Shown: positions 39,101 through 48,800 of the stretch, in pieces | Layout of the letters: every line of letters begins with the position of its first letter | Numbering within the stretch: the first letter of the stretch is position 1 | Assembly: GCF_963925185.1 (NCBI RefSeq) | Contig: NZ_CAWURC010000027.1 | Location: forward strand, 26,220-90,219 | Length of the DNA: 64,000 nucleotides | DNA from: an uncultured Flavobacterium sp. | GTDB taxonomy: Bacteria > Bacteroidota > Bacteroidia > Flavobacteriales > Flavobacteriaceae | Direction: 5' to 3' | The notes under the pieces: model-generated | What the model saw: the letters and a program-made list of their open reading frames with translations, nothing else | What the model was told of the DNA's origin: nothing | The model's database searches: none | Translations under genes and position numbers: made by a program

Positions 39101-39537
39101 GCAAAATGGACGAGTTGAAACAATCAGTTCAATTAGCGGTTCACGAGCAAAAAGATCCTTTGCTTATCTATAAATTCGAAGCTTACAATTTGTTTAGCTC
39201 AATGTTAAATGGGGTCAATAAAGAGGTGATTTCATTCTTGTTTAAAGGTGATTTACCTCAACATGCCGCTGCTCCTATTCAAGAAGCTAAACAAGTTAAA
39301 ATAAAAGAAAATTACAAAACATCTAAAGACGAAATTGTATCTAGCGAAAGCGCCAATCGCGAAGCAGGTCAAACACAACAACGTCAAGTTACAGAAACTA
39401 TCGTTCGCGATCAACCAAAAATTAATCGTAACGATACCGTAACAATTCAAAACGTGGCCAATGGACAAACGCAAGAAATGAAGTACAAGAAAGCCGAAAG
39501 TTTAATAGCCAACGGAACTTGGGTTTTGGTTCACTAG
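36196..39537 (+). CDS. secA: Preprotein translocase subunit SecA
   Basis: [44 protein letters not shown]. Confidence 0.98.
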   Translation: MTFINSILKVFVGDKSQKDVKALQPYLTKIKTFESGLASLSHDELRARTTFFKDKIKQAREEKDTKIASLKLEAESIEDIDQREDIYLAIDALEKEAYDISEKTLMEILPEAFAVVKETARRFKENNQIQVTATAKDRELSATKSYITLDGENSIWSNSWNAAGKQITWDMIHYDVQLIGGMVLHEGKIAEMQTGEGKTLVATLPLYLNALTGNGVHLVTVNDYLAKRDSTWKAPLFEFHGMTVDCIDNHQPNSDERRKAYNADITYGTNNEFGFDYLRDNMAHSPNDLVQRKHNYAIVDEVDSVLIDDARTPLIVSGPVPEGDRHEFTELKPKIENLVSLQRQLANGFLSEAKKLIKEGNTKDGGFILLRAHRSLPKNKALIKFLSEEGIKQLLQKTENSYMENNNKEMPKVDEALYFVIEEKNNQVELTDNGVKFLSGDTDTQFFVLPDIGTEIARIEKKNLSKDSEAEEKEKLFQDFGIKSERIHTLTQLLKAYTLFEKDVEYVIMDNKIMIVDEQTGRIMDGRRYSDGLHQAIEAKENVKIEDATQTFATVTLQNYFRMYSKLAGMTGTAVTEAGELWQIYKLDVVEIPTNRPMVREDKEDFIYKTTREKFNAVIEDVTQLSNAGRPVLIGTTSVEISELLSRMLKMRGVAHNVLNAKMHKQEAQIVEEAGKSGVVTIATNMAGRGTDIKLSAEVKAAGGLAIVGTERHDSRRVDRQLRGRAGRQGDPGSSQFYVSLEDNLMRLFGSERVAKVMDRMGLQEGEVIQHSMMTKSIERAQKKVEENNYGVRKRLLEYDDVMNAQREVVYKRRRHALHGERLKLDIANMLYDTCDLIATDNKLSNDFKNFEFELIRYFSITSPITESDFNKLTEIELTGKLYKAASAFYYEKTERSAREAFPIIKNVYEDKNNQFERIIVPFTDGIKSLNVVTDLKRAYESNGNQLVADFEKNITLAIVDEAWKKHLRKMDELKQSVQLAVHEQKDPLLIYKFEAYNLFSSMLNGVNKEVISFLFKGDLPQHAAAPIQEAKQVKIKENYKTSKDEIVSSESANREAGQTQQRQVTETIVRDQPKINRNDTVTIQNVANGQTQEMKYKKAESLIANGTWVLVH

Positions 39538-39557
39538 TAAAACATAGTTTTAATTTC

Positions 39558-39594
39558 AATCCTCGATTACGAAAGTAGTTGGGGATTTTTTTTT
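39558..39594 (+). terminator. Intrinsic terminator after secA
   Basis: aatcctcgattac-gaaa-gtagttggggatt followed by T-tract. Confidence 0.8.
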
Positions 39595-39763
39595 ACATTT
39601 TAGAAGAATAAAAAACAATAAGTTAAATCCAGGTTTCATAGATTGACACAGATTGATTGGTATTCATCTGAAGTGAAAATACCTGAAACATTTTTCTTAT
39701 AAAAAATATTCTCTATATTTACTCCATTAAAAACAGAAAAACTAACCTTTAAAAACACATACG

Positions 39764-39874
39764 ATGGCAAAAAGTCAAGACGCAAAGAAAACACTAAAAA
39801 AAGAACCTCTTAAAACCGCCAAGGAAAAGAAAGAGGAAAAAAGAGAAAAGAAAAACAGTCCTAAAAGAGATTAA
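39764..39874 (+). CDS. Small Lys/Glu-rich protein (36 aa), absent from ORF track
   Basis: MAKSQDAKKTLKKEPLKTAKEKKEEKREKKNSPKRD*; A-rich start context and own terminator 11 nt downstream. Confidence 0.7.
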   Translation: MAKSQDAKKTLKKEPLKTAKEKKEEKREKKNSPKRD

Positions 39875-39885
39875 TTCTCTTAACC

Positions 39886-39924
39886 AAGAAACCCTCGTTA
39901 AGCAATAAACGAGGGTTTCTTTTT
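39886..39924. terminator. Bidirectional intrinsic terminator
   Basis: Perfect 14-bp stem aagaaaccctcgtt / aacgagggtttctt. Confidence 0.85.
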
Positions 39925-39938
39925 ATATCAAATAGAAA

Positions 39939-41399
39939 TTATTTTACTGGAATATTTTCTAAAATTTCCAATACAAATTTCCAGAATTTTTGAGAGGATT
40001 TTATTGAAGCCCTTTCATCTGGTGAATGTGCTCCATGAATTGTAGGTCCAAAAGAAATCATATCCATATCAGGATAATTAGTTCCTAGAATTCCACATTC
40101 TAAACCAGCATGACAAGCCACCACGCTAGCTTTTTCACCGTTTTGTTTCTCATAAATTTTAACTAACAAATCTAAGATTTCGGATTTCACGTTTGGTGTC
40201 CAACCTGGATAAGAACCCCCCAAATTTACTTCGCAACCGCATAATTCAAAAGCAGAACGCAAAGCGTTGGCCAAATCAAATTTGGAAGTTTCCACCGAAG
40301 AACGCGTTAAACACCCAATAGAAATTTCACCCTCTTTGATGATCACTCGCGCAACATTATTCGAAGTTTCCACTAAATCCTCCATATCGGCCGACATTCG
40401 GTAAACGCCATTATGTGCTGCATAAATCGAACGGATAATTCCTTCTTGCACGCCCAAATCCATTACTATTTTAGGCAAATCGCATTTCACGATTTCGATA
40501 GTCAAATTGGGTTCGGTAGTTTTGAATTCGGTTTTGATGTCGTTGATGACTTCCTGCATATCAAAAATATAGGCTTCGTCATACATTCCTGCAACAATTA
40601 CTTTGGCAATGCTTTCTCTAGGAATGGCATTGCGCAAACTTCCACCATTGATTTCTGAAACTTGAAGTCCAAAATTTTCAAAAGCATCAAACAACAAACG
40701 GTTCATTATTTTGTTAGCATTTCCCAAACCTTTATGAATATCCATTCCGGAATGTCCTCCATTTAAGCCTTTTACAGTAATGGAATAACCCACTGAATCT
40801 TTTGGAGTTTCTTCTTCTTGGTAACTTCTGGTCGCCGTAACATCGATTCCTCCAGCGCAACCAATGTCGATTTCGTCATCTTCTTCGGTATCCATATTCA
40901 AAAGGATTTCCCCTTTTAGTATTCCGCCTTTTAGGTTCAAAGCTCCTGTCATTCCAGTTTCTTCGTCGATGGTAAACAAAGCTTCAATTGCAGGATGTTT
41001 GATTTCTTTGGATTCTAAAATTGCCATAATCATCGCCACTCCAAGTCCATTATCAGCACCAAGAGTAGTTCCACGAGCACGAACCCAATCTCCATCGACG
41101 TACATATCAATTCCTTGGGTATCAAAATCAAAAATGGTATCCGAATTTTTTTGATGCACCATATCGAGATGCCCTTGAAGGACAACCGTTTTCCTATTTT
41201 CCATTCCGGCAGTGGCAGGTTTGCGAATAATTACATTTCGGATTTCATCTTCGAAAGTTTCCAATCCCAATGAATTTCCAAATTTTTTCATAAATTCAAT
41301 CACACGATCTTCTTTTTTGGATGGACGAGGAACGGCATTCAAATCGGCAAATTTGTTCCAAAGTGCTTTGGGTTCCAGGTTTCTAATTTCTTGACTCAT
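39939..41399 (-). CDS. pepD: Aminoacyl-histidine dipeptidase (M20)
   Basis: LQGHLDMV, TTLGADNGLG, FTIDEETGM, GGHSG, HAGLECG, IHGAHSPDE. Confidence 0.95.
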   Translation of the reverse strand: MSQEIRNLEPKALWNKFADLNAVPRPSKKEDRVIEFMKKFGNSLGLETFEDEIRNVIIRKPATAGMENRKTVVLQGHLDMVHQKNSDTIFDFDTQGIDMYVDGDWVRARGTTLGADNGLGVAMIMAILESKEIKHPAIEALFTIDEETGMTGALNLKGGILKGEILLNMDTEEDDEIDIGCAGGIDVTATRSYQEEETPKDSVGYSITVKGLNGGHSGMDIHKGLGNANKIMNRLLFDAFENFGLQVSEINGGSLRNAIPRESIAKVIVAGMYDEAYIFDMQEVINDIKTEFKTTEPNLTIEIVKCDLPKIVMDLGVQEGIIRSIYAAHNGVYRMSADMEDLVETSNNVARVIIKEGEISIGCLTRSSVETSKFDLANALRSAFELCGCEVNLGGSYPGWTPNVKSEILDLLVKIYEKQNGEKASVVACHAGLECGILGTNYPDMDMISFGPTIHGAHSPDERASIKSSQKFWKFVLEILENIPVK

Positions 41400-41506
41400 T
41401 ATATAGGGTATTATTATTTATTGTTTAAAATTTGAAAGTTCAAAGTTAGAATAATGTATTTTAAAAGTCTTTAATTTTATACTAATTTTACCGAAATTCA
41501 TTTCAA

Positions 41507-42568
41507 ATGCAACGCAAATACATTCTTCCCTTATTCCTCCTAATTCAAATTCTGATTTTGCAAATCATGCCGTATTTTCCAGAATTTATAGAACGGTTTT
41601 ACAGCAATGGATTGTATGGTTTTATTTCGAAATTTTCTCGCAAAATATTAGGGAAAATTCCATTATCTGTTGGAGATATTATCTACGGAATTGTGATTTT
41701 TTATATTCTTAAATCCATATGGAAAAGCAGAAAATTATTAAAAACCGAATGGAAAGAATTAGTTTTAAAAGCGTTAAGTATTCTTTCGGTTGCGTATTTT
41801 TTGTTTCATTTTTTATGGGCAATGAATTATTACCGTGAACCACTTTTCGAGAAAATGAAAATCGAAAGAGATTATTCTGATGCCGATTTGCTGTCTTTTA
41901 CCAAAAAATTGATTGAAAAAACCAACGAAATTCAAGCCCAAATCACCAAAAACGATAGTTTAAAAGTAGTGTTTCCCTATTCGCAGAGACAAGTTTTTGA
42001 GATGAATTTAAATGGTTATAAAACGCTTTCAAATCAACATCCCTTCTTTCAATATACGAATCTCAGCATCAAGAAATCGCTATTTAGTTTGCCGTTGACG
42101 TATATGGGTTTTGGTGGTTATTTGAATCCGTTTACGAATGAGGCGCAAGTTAATTACTTGATGCCAATGTACAATTCCCCAACAACCTCATGCCACGAAA
42201 TGGCTCACCAAATGGGCTTTGCCAGCGAAAGTGAATGCAATTTTATTGGTTTTATGGCTTCCGTAAAAAACGATAATTTGTATTTTCAATATTCGGGATA
42301 TAGTTTTGCATTGCGCTATTGTTTGGGTAATTGGCAAATTCGTGACGAGAAAGTTTTTGACGAATTACTAAAAACGGTACATCCTGGAATCTTAAAAAAC
42401 TACAAGGAAAGTGAAGATTTTTGGAAACAATATGACACTTTTATAGACAAAGGGTTTCATGTGTTTTATGATAACTTTCTTAAAATGAATAAGCAAAAAG
42501 ACGGAATGGAAAGTTATAGTAAGTTTGTGAACTTGATGGTTAATTATTATAAAGGAAAGGAATTTTAG
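41507..42568 (+). CDS. DUF3810 family membrane protein (HEXXH putative peptidase)
   Basis: N-terminal TM helices; GYLNPFTNEAQVN, CHEMAHQMGFASESECNF. Confidence 0.85.
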   Translation: MQRKYILPLFLLIQILILQIMPYFPEFIERFYSNGLYGFISKFSRKILGKIPLSVGDIIYGIVIFYILKSIWKSRKLLKTEWKELVLKALSILSVAYFLFHFLWAMNYYREPLFEKMKIERDYSDADLLSFTKKLIEKTNEIQAQITKNDSLKVVFPYSQRQVFEMNLNGYKTLSNQHPFFQYTNLSIKKSLFSLPLTYMGFGGYLNPFTNEAQVNYLMPMYNSPTTSCHEMAHQMGFASESECNFIGFMASVKNDNLYFQYSGYSFALRYCLGNWQIRDEKVFDELLKTVHPGILKNYKESEDFWKQYDTFIDKGFHVFYDNFLKMNKQKDGMESYSKFVNLMVNYYKGKEF

Positions 42569-42656
42569 TTAAAAGTAAAAAGTCAGATTTTTAATGATTT
42601 AAAAAAATAAATTCTTTTTAGGGGTGCGTTTATTAGAAAATAAACGAAGTAAAACA

Positions 42657-42754
42657 GCCCCGATTGCAGTGGAAATCCTGTTGTTGCGATGCATCGATTA
42701 TTTCGTTCCTAGCAATGACCTGATCGCAATAACAGATTGTAACGAAAAGCGGGA
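42657..42754. repeat. Composite palindromic MITE/REP-like element
   Basis: gccccgattgcagtggaaatc-ctgttgttgcgat ... atcgcaataacagattgtaacgaaaagcggga; inner ttcgttcctagcaatgac matches 51843-51860 at 17/18. Confidence 0.7.
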
Positions 42755-42844
42755 CAACTGCTGATTAAAATGTAGAATACTTGTGCTACCAATTAAAAAC
42801 ACTTTATTTGTAACGAAATGTACTTTTTGCCCACCAATAGAATT

Positions 42845-43339
42845 ATGAACAACGATTTAGAACAGTCATTTGTACAGCAATTGAAGACCAATCAGAATAT
42901 AATCCATAAAATTTGTAGGTTGTATACTAATGGTGAGGATGCACACAAAGATTTATTTCAGGAGATTACGATTCAGTTGTGGAAAGCATTTCCGAAATTT
43001 CGTGGTGATAGCAAATTTTCGACTTGGGCGTATCGCGTGGCATTGAATACGGCGATAACTTTGTACCGAAAAAGCACGCGCACAGTTAAAACGGTTGATT
43101 ATGAAAACCATCAGTTTTTTATTAGCCAAGAGGACTATAATTATGAGGAGGAAGAACGGCTGAAGTTGATGTATAAAGCGGTTTATCAGCTCAACGATAT
43201 TGAAAAAGCCTTGATTTTTATGTATCTTGAAGACAAGGATTATAAAGAAATTTCGGAGACATTGGGGATTAGTGAAGTAAATGCAAGAGTAAAAATGAAT
43301 AGAATAAAAGGAAAATTAAAAAAAATTTTAAATCCTTAA
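42845..43339 (+). CDS. ECF RNA polymerase sigma-70 factor
   Basis: DLFQEITIQLWKAF, FSTWAYRVALNTAI, EISETLGIS...VKMNRIK; likely start ATG 42845. Confidence 0.93.
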   Translation: MNNDLEQSFVQQLKTNQNIIHKICRLYTNGEDAHKDLFQEITIQLWKAFPKFRGDSKFSTWAYRVALNTAITLYRKSTRTVKTVDYENHQFFISQEDYNYEEEERLKLMYKAVYQLNDIEKALIFMYLEDKDYKEISETLGISEVNARVKMNRIKGKLKKILNP

Positions 43340-43345
43340 ATGATT

Positions 43346-43963
43346 ATGAAAGAGCTGGATTTATTAAAAAAAGATTGGCAAAAGAGCGGAGATTCTTTTG
43401 AACAAGTTTCGGAAGTAGAGATTTACAAGATGTTGCATAAAAAATCGTTATCGGTTGTAAAGTGGATTTTGATTGTGAGTATTTTGGAATTTGTTGTTTT
43501 AAATGGTATTGGATATCTTATTGGTGATAATGGTTATGCTGAATTTTTGGCTATACACCCATTTATAAACTTTTTAGAAAAGTTTAATTATATAGCTGTC
43601 ATTGTATTTATTTATTTGTTTTATAGAAATTACAAAGACATATCAGTGTTACAATCTTCAAAAACGCTTATAGAACATATTTTAAAAACAAGAAAAATTG
43701 TCACCTATTACATTTATTGGAATATTTTTATAGGAGGTGTTTCGGGAGCAATAGGAGGGATTGAAGGTTTTAATAGAGGCTATAATGAAGGTAGCGTTAA
43801 TCCAGAAAATACTAAAGGAATTATCGAGGTAAATTACATTACAATTATTGTTACGGCATTATTAATAATGGGGGTAATCTGGTTGTTTTACAAAATATTA
43901 TATGGTAGTTTCCTTAAAAAATTAAAACAAAATAATGAAGAATTAAAGAAAATAGATTTATAA
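43346..43963 (+). CDS. Membrane protein co-transcribed with ECF sigma (putative anti-sigma)
   Basis: MKELDLLKKDW N-terminus, four hydrophobic helices, 6 nt after the sigma stop. Confidence 0.6.
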   Translation: MKELDLLKKDWQKSGDSFEQVSEVEIYKMLHKKSLSVVKWILIVSILEFVVLNGIGYLIGDNGYAEFLAIHPFINFLEKFNYIAVIVFIYLFYRNYKDISVLQSSKTLIEHILKTRKIVTYYIYWNIFIGGVSGAIGGIEGFNRGYNEGSVNPENTKGIIEVNYITIIVTALLIMGVIWLFYKILYGSFLKKLKQNNEELKKIDL

Positions 43964-43999
43964 AAAAAGAGGCTTTATAAAGCCTCTTTTTTTATAAAT
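43956..43999. terminator. Perfect 44-bp palindrome, bidirectional terminator
   Basis: atttataaaaaaagaggcttta|taaagcctctttttttataaat. Confidence 0.85.
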
Positions 44000-44808
44000 T
44001 AGTATTCCCATTTTCTTAGTTTATTAAGTTCTTCTTCAACTTTTATTTCTTCGGCTGGGATTACTTTTAAAAAGGAGGGATGCTGCTCGATGGCATATTC
44101 AATTTTTTCAACAATTTCATCAATGGTATCCTTGTCATAGTCGATTGCTAATGGCGGTTTAATGATGAAGGACTGCAGAATATCTTTCTTTTTCAAGCGC
44201 AGCCCTTTTTTATCAAACGAACGACGGAAGCCGTCAATTACTATTGGAACTACAATTGGCCTATGTTGTTTGATAATATGTGCAGTTCCTTTTCTAACGG
44301 GTTTGAATGATTTAGTTGTTCCTTGCGGAAATGTGATTACCCAACCATCATCCAAAGCAATCTTGATGTTTTCAGTATCACTGGGATTTACTTCACGTTT
44401 TTCGGATACATCTTTACCACAAGAACGCCAAGTTCTTTCGACTGAAATGGCTCCAACATAAGATAAAATTCTTGGTAATAACCCTGCTTGCATCGTTTCT
44501 TTGGCAGCAACATAATAAAGATTCATCTTGGGTTGCCAGATATATCCCAAGTTTTTTATAGAATCCTCTCTTCCGCTCAAACTAGCATTAAAAACGTGAA
44601 ACATAGCAACAACATCAGCAAAATAGGTTTGATGATTGGATATAAATAATACATTTGTATCCGGTAAATTTTTGATGATTTCGGAACCTTCGATCTGCAG
44701 ATCATTAAATCCCCTAAACCGTTTATGAGTTAAAACTGCAAAAATTCGGATTAACCATTTCTTGATAAAAAGGATGTGACCAAAAGGATTTCTTTTAAAT
44801 AATCCCAT
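43999..44808 (-). CDS. Lysophospholipid acyltransferase (PlsC family)
   Basis: SNHQTYFAD (HX4D), FPQGTT, IVPIVIDG. Confidence 0.88.
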   Translation of the reverse strand: MGLFKRNPFGHILFIKKWLIRIFAVLTHKRFRGFNDLQIEGSEIIKNLPDTNVLFISNHQTYFADVVAMFHVFNASLSGREDSIKNLGYIWQPKMNLYYVAAKETMQAGLLPRILSYVGAISVERTWRSCGKDVSEKREVNPSDTENIKIALDDGWVITFPQGTTKSFKPVRKGTAHIIKQHRPIVVPIVIDGFRRSFDKKGLRLKKKDILQSFIIKPPLAIDYDKDTIDEIVEKIEYAIEQHPSFLKVIPAEEIKVEEELNKLRKWEY

Positions 44809-44862
44809 AAAAGTTTGTTTGTTTTTTTAAATTTGGATTGCAAACATACGAAAACTTATAGT

Positions 44863-45501
44863 TTAAAGCACATTCTTCAATACTTCTTTCAACTCACTCA
44901 ACATCATTGCTGTAGCTCCCCAAACGATATGTTCATTAATTTTGAAGGCTGGAATAATAATATTTTTAGCATAAGAAGTAGACATTGTGGTATTTACAAT
45001 TATTTCGTCGCTTAAAAATTCGGATAATGGCAATTCAATTATATTAGCCACTTCGTTAGAATCCGGAATAAAAATAATTTCTTCCCTACAAATTCCTAAA
45101 AATGGATACACCATAAAATTACTAGGCGGAATATATAAATGCGTTAAAGGCATAATGATTTCAACACTCTTGGGATGAATTCCAATTTCTTCATGGGTTT
45201 CACGTAAAGCCGTGTTTTCAAAGTTTGTATCGCTGGATTCGTATTTCCCTCCTGGAAATGCTATTTGGGCAGAATGGACCCCTTTATATGAATTTCGAAC
45301 AATAAGAACCAAATGTGTCATTCCATTTTTTGGGTAAAACAACATCATTACTGCGGCCGTTTTCGTGTTTTTGCTTTCAATTCCCGTAATATCAAAATTG
45401 CGAATTCGCTCCAATGGTGCCATCTTATAATGCGCATCACTGGCAGGAAGTGCTACCTCTGTAAATTTTGGAACATATTTTAAAAAATCTTCAAAATTCA
45501 T
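44863..45501 (-). CDS. Nudix hydrolase, CoA pyrophosphatase type
   Basis: HSAQIAFPGGK...TALRETHEEIG, VWGATAMML. Confidence 0.92.
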   Translation of the reverse strand: MNFEDFLKYVPKFTEVALPASDAHYKMAPLERIRNFDITGIESKNTKTAAVMMLFYPKNGMTHLVLIVRNSYKGVHSAQIAFPGGKYESSDTNFENTALRETHEEIGIHPKSVEIIMPLTHLYIPPSNFMVYPFLGICREEIIFIPDSNEVANIIELPLSEFLSDEIIVNTTMSTSYAKNIIIPAFKINEHIVWGATAMMLSELKEVLKNVL

Positions 45502-45581
45502 AATCAAAGTCTATTTTTGTAAATCAAAAGCCAATATAAAGGTTTACACAAATTTACCATAATTAAATTCAAATCAATACA

Positions 45582-46013
45582 ATGTATAGTAAAGAGGAAA
45601 CTCAACGATTAAAACGGGAATTTTGGGTTGCTTTCGCAGAAAAATACCCTAGAAAATGGGTACTATACGACACTAAAATAAAAGATTTCTCTTTTAAATT
45701 TTATGTTGACAATAAAAAAGCGCAGGTTTTAATAGACATTGAGCATCGGAGTGATGAAAAACGAAATGATTTTTTCGAAAAAATGGAGTCTCTGAAAAAC
45801 ATATTAGAAGAAGAATTCGTAAAAAATTTAGTTTTCGAAAAAAACTTCACTCTCGAAAACGGCAAAACAATTAGTCGGATTTGGGTAGAAAAACTAGGTG
45901 GAGGCGTCAGCAATAGAAAATATTGGGATGAAATATTCGATTTTTTTAACGATAAAATGCAATCCTTAGAAATGTTCTTTTTAGAATATGATGACTTTAT
46001 TAAGGATATTTAA
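45582..46013 (+). CDS. DUF4268 domain protein
   Basis: MYSKEE..LKREFW, KWVLYDTKIKDFSFKF. Confidence 0.8.
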   Translation: MYSKEETQRLKREFWVAFAEKYPRKWVLYDTKIKDFSFKFYVDNKKAQVLIDIEHRSDEKRNDFFEKMESLKNILEEEFVKNLVFEKNFTLENGKTISRIWVEKLGGGVSNRKYWDEIFDFFNDKMQSLEMFFLEYDDFIKDI

Positions 46014-46054
46014 ACTAATTTTTATAGCCTTTAAAAAGAGGGAAGGTTTGGTAT

Positions 46055-46291
46055 TTACCGGATTGGTTTTGGATATTTTTTTCGTATATTTCTAATTAAC
46101 TCTTCGAGACCGTTGAGTTTTAGTTCATAAATAAGCTGTAATTGAGTCCCTAATTCTCCTTTCGGAAAGCCTTTATTGGAGTACCAAACCACATAATATT
46201 CGGGCAAATCTATAAGGTATTTGCCTTCGTATTTGCCAAAAGGCATTTTGGCATGAGCGAGTTTGATAAGTTGTTTTTGATTTTGGTCCAA
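46055..46291 (-). CDS. DUF3820 family protein
   Basis: MPFGKYEGKYLIDLPEYYVVWY..KGFPKGELG. Confidence 0.88.
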   Translation of the reverse strand: MDQNQKQLIKLAHAKMPFGKYEGKYLIDLPEYYVVWYSNKGFPKGELGTQLQLIYELKLNGLEELIRNIRKKYPKPIR

Positions 46292-46333
46292 GTTTAAAAA
46301 GGTTAAGGTTGAATCGGCAAGCTGAATACTTTT

Positions 46334-46735
46334 TTACTTCCAATTAAATGTAATTTCCTTCTCAATATCGGCATTCAAACTCAATAAAACAGGACAATTT
46401 TTAGCTACCCTTTCCAGAATGGTTTTGTTTTTGTCGGTTGTAGCAACTGACATATTCAAAACAATTATGATTTTGTCTATTTTTCTGGGTTCAGCTTGCA
46501 TAATCTTGGTAACAAAAACTGTTGAACCTACTAAATCAAGATCCAAATCCTTAGATTTTATTGCCATAATCGACACCATACAACTTCCAAGTGCATTGGC
46601 AACCAAATCAGTTGGAGAAAATGCCTCTCCTTTTCCTTGGTTATCCGTTGGAGCATCCGAAAGGATTTGCGTCCCTGATTGTAAGTGAATAGACGAAGTT
46701 CTTAAATCGCCTAAGTAAGTTACTTTTGAAGTCAT
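46334..46735 (-). CDS. OsmC family protein
   Basis: DAPTDNQGKGEAFSPTDL..ALGSCM, A.NCPV; likely start ATG 46735. Confidence 0.92.
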   Translation of the reverse strand: MTSKVTYLGDLRTSSIHLQSGTQILSDAPTDNQGKGEAFSPTDLVANALGSCMVSIMAIKSKDLDLDLVGSTVFVTKIMQAEPRKIDKIIIVLNMSVATTDKNKTILERVAKNCPVLLSLNADIEKEITFNWK

Positions 46736-46796
46736 ATTTTTTTTTTTAAAAGTGAATACTAAAATTATCCCAAAAACTTCTGGGCTGAACACTTCC

Positions 46797-48716
46797 TTAA
46801 TTCGCTTCTTTTATTGTTAAATCGGCATCATAATATAAAATAAACACCCCTCTATTGGCATAACCGCCGTCTTCTTTTTTGTAAAACTCGAACTTGTTAT
46901 CCACCTGTATGGTTGCAATAGTCTCAGCCGCTTCTTGATAATTTTTGTCTTGCGACAAACGCATCATTGTGTCAAATGTAACATCAAAACCACGGGTGGC
47001 GTATGTCGACGGGTAAATATCATTTATCTTTCTATATTCATTTTCGAAAATCAATGCTTCTGGAGATTCATTTTCTCTGGTTGTAGAAGGATACATTAAT
47101 TTTAATTTCACCAAATTTTCAAAATTAATTTCGTCAGTTTCCAATGTGTCATTAGAATCCAAAATAACTAATTGCACCTTAAAACCAGATTCCAATGCAT
47201 CTACCATTGTTTTTATCGTCAGTTTAATCATCATGGTGTTGGCAGTTTCCATAACTACATAGTTCGTTCTATCTTTCACTAATAAGCTATTCAAACTTTC
47301 TGCAGATAAACTTCCGTTGTCATTCATTCCAGCAAATTTAACATCCTTTTGATTTTCATTTATATACTGAATTATGGATTCCTTTTTCTTGTCGACAACT
47401 GCAATAATATTCCCTTCTTTTGTTCGCATATAATCAAACATTGTGTTTTTTGCTATTTCATTAGTGGGAATGGTTTGATATAAGTTTGAATACGGATTTC
47501 CAATATCTTTTGACAAAGGTGAAATCACGGGAATATGATTCTTTCCTCCAATCGCTGCAGCAGTTTCTGCATTATTTTGATAAAAAGGACCAATTATTGC
47601 ATCGGCATATTCAAAATTATTTTCTTTGAAAAGTATTGCAACATTCGAAGTGTTTTTGGTTTCTTGAGAGTCAAAAATTTTCACATCAATAGGAATTCCA
47701 AGACTCCTAGCCGAATCTATTGCCATCAAGACTCCTGAATAAAAATCCAAAGTCATATTCAAAAACTTGTCTTTTTTTAATCGCATCGATGTCGAATTTA
47801 TAGTGTCGTCTTCGATTTTAGAAAGATTAAAAGGCAACAACAATACTATCTTTTTTCTAGTCGTATTACTACTTATTTTAGACAGGGAAATATATTCTTT
47901 TTTCTTCTCTTGAGGAATCGAATTGATTGAGGGAACTTTTAAAATCATACCTATTTCAACACCATTTGACAAAGTCGGATTCAATCTTATTAATTCCCCT
48001 TGCTCTAAACAAGTCATTTTAGACAAACTATATAAGGTTTCTTTTGGTTTCACCTCATAATCTACATAAGTTATTGATGGGTTAATTTTTAAAGGAATTA
48101 ATTTTGTGATATCTTTTTGGGTTTCGGCTCCTGCAATTTTATCAGTTTTTGGCGTAGTTCCCTTAATTATCAATTTGTATCCAATGGGCAAATTAGAAAT
48201 GATTTCCGGGTTTTGTTTTTCCAATTCAGCAATAGTAATGCCATATTTTTTTACGATGGAATATTTTGTTTCCTTTGGAAGTACTTCGTGATAAATGACT
48301 TTTCCTGACGTTTGCACTACCGTTTTCAAACCTGAATTCGAAGGAATGGTTAGCGTTTGCCCCATTTGCAAACCATCTTTTTCAAGAAATGGATTGGCTT
48401 TTTTCAAGTCTTCATCCGAAACGTTGTATTTTTTTTCAATACCAAACAAAGTCTCTTTGGGTTCTACTTCATGCGTTATGGTTTTTGAAGAGGGTTTTTG
48501 AATCTGACCTTTTTTTGGAATAAGTAAAATGCTGTTTGGCTCCAAACCACTCTGAGCATCAGGATTTAGCTGATAGATATCGAATGGTGTGACACTGTAT
48601 TTTTGTGCAATCTGGGTTATGGTTTCCCCTTTTTCTACTTTATGTTTGTCATAATTTTGCCCAAAAACAGAACAACTAATTATAAAAACAAAAATGTAAA
48701 TAACTCTATTTATCAT
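46797..48716 (-). CDS. Multi-LysM peptidoglycan-binding protein with periplasmic binding protein-like C-terminal domain
   Basis: Signal peptide; four LysM repeats (HKVEKGET, HEVEPKET, HEVLPKET, YEVKPKET); VLLLPF / AIIGPF. Confidence 0.85.
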   Translation of the reverse strand: MINRVIYIFVFIISCSVFGQNYDKHKVEKGETITQIAQKYSVTPFDIYQLNPDAQSGLEPNSILLIPKKGQIQKPSSKTITHEVEPKETLFGIEKKYNVSDEDLKKANPFLEKDGLQMGQTLTIPSNSGLKTVVQTSGKVIYHEVLPKETKYSIVKKYGITIAELEKQNPEIISNLPIGYKLIIKGTTPKTDKIAGAETQKDITKLIPLKINPSITYVDYEVKPKETLYSLSKMTCLEQGELIRLNPTLSNGVEIGMILKVPSINSIPQEKKKEYISLSKISSNTTRKKIVLLLPFNLSKIEDDTINSTSMRLKKDKFLNMTLDFYSGVLMAIDSARSLGIPIDVKIFDSQETKNTSNVAILFKENNFEYADAIIGPFYQNNAETAAAIGGKNHIPVISPLSKDIGNPYSNLYQTIPTNEIAKNTMFDYMRTKEGNIIAVVDKKKESIIQYINENQKDVKFAGMNDNGSLSAESLNSLLVKDRTNYVVMETANTMMIKLTIKTMVDALESGFKVQLVILDSNDTLETDEINFENLVKLKLMYPSTTRENESPEALIFENEYRKINDIYPSTYATRGFDVTFDTMMRLSQDKNYQEAAETIATIQVDNKFEFYKKEDGGYANRGVFILYYDADLTIKEAN

Positions 48717-48800
48717 AATTCAAATACTTTAAAAATTCAGTTTCAATGGCAATGGCTATAGTGAAAAATCAATTTCTTAATTACTATTGAAATTGAAAAT

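Noticed and set aside
39620-39712. Short frame FHRLTQIDWYSSEVKIPETFFL next to a CACAGATT unit
   Set aside because: No start codon and too short to assign; may be a remnant but cannot be supported
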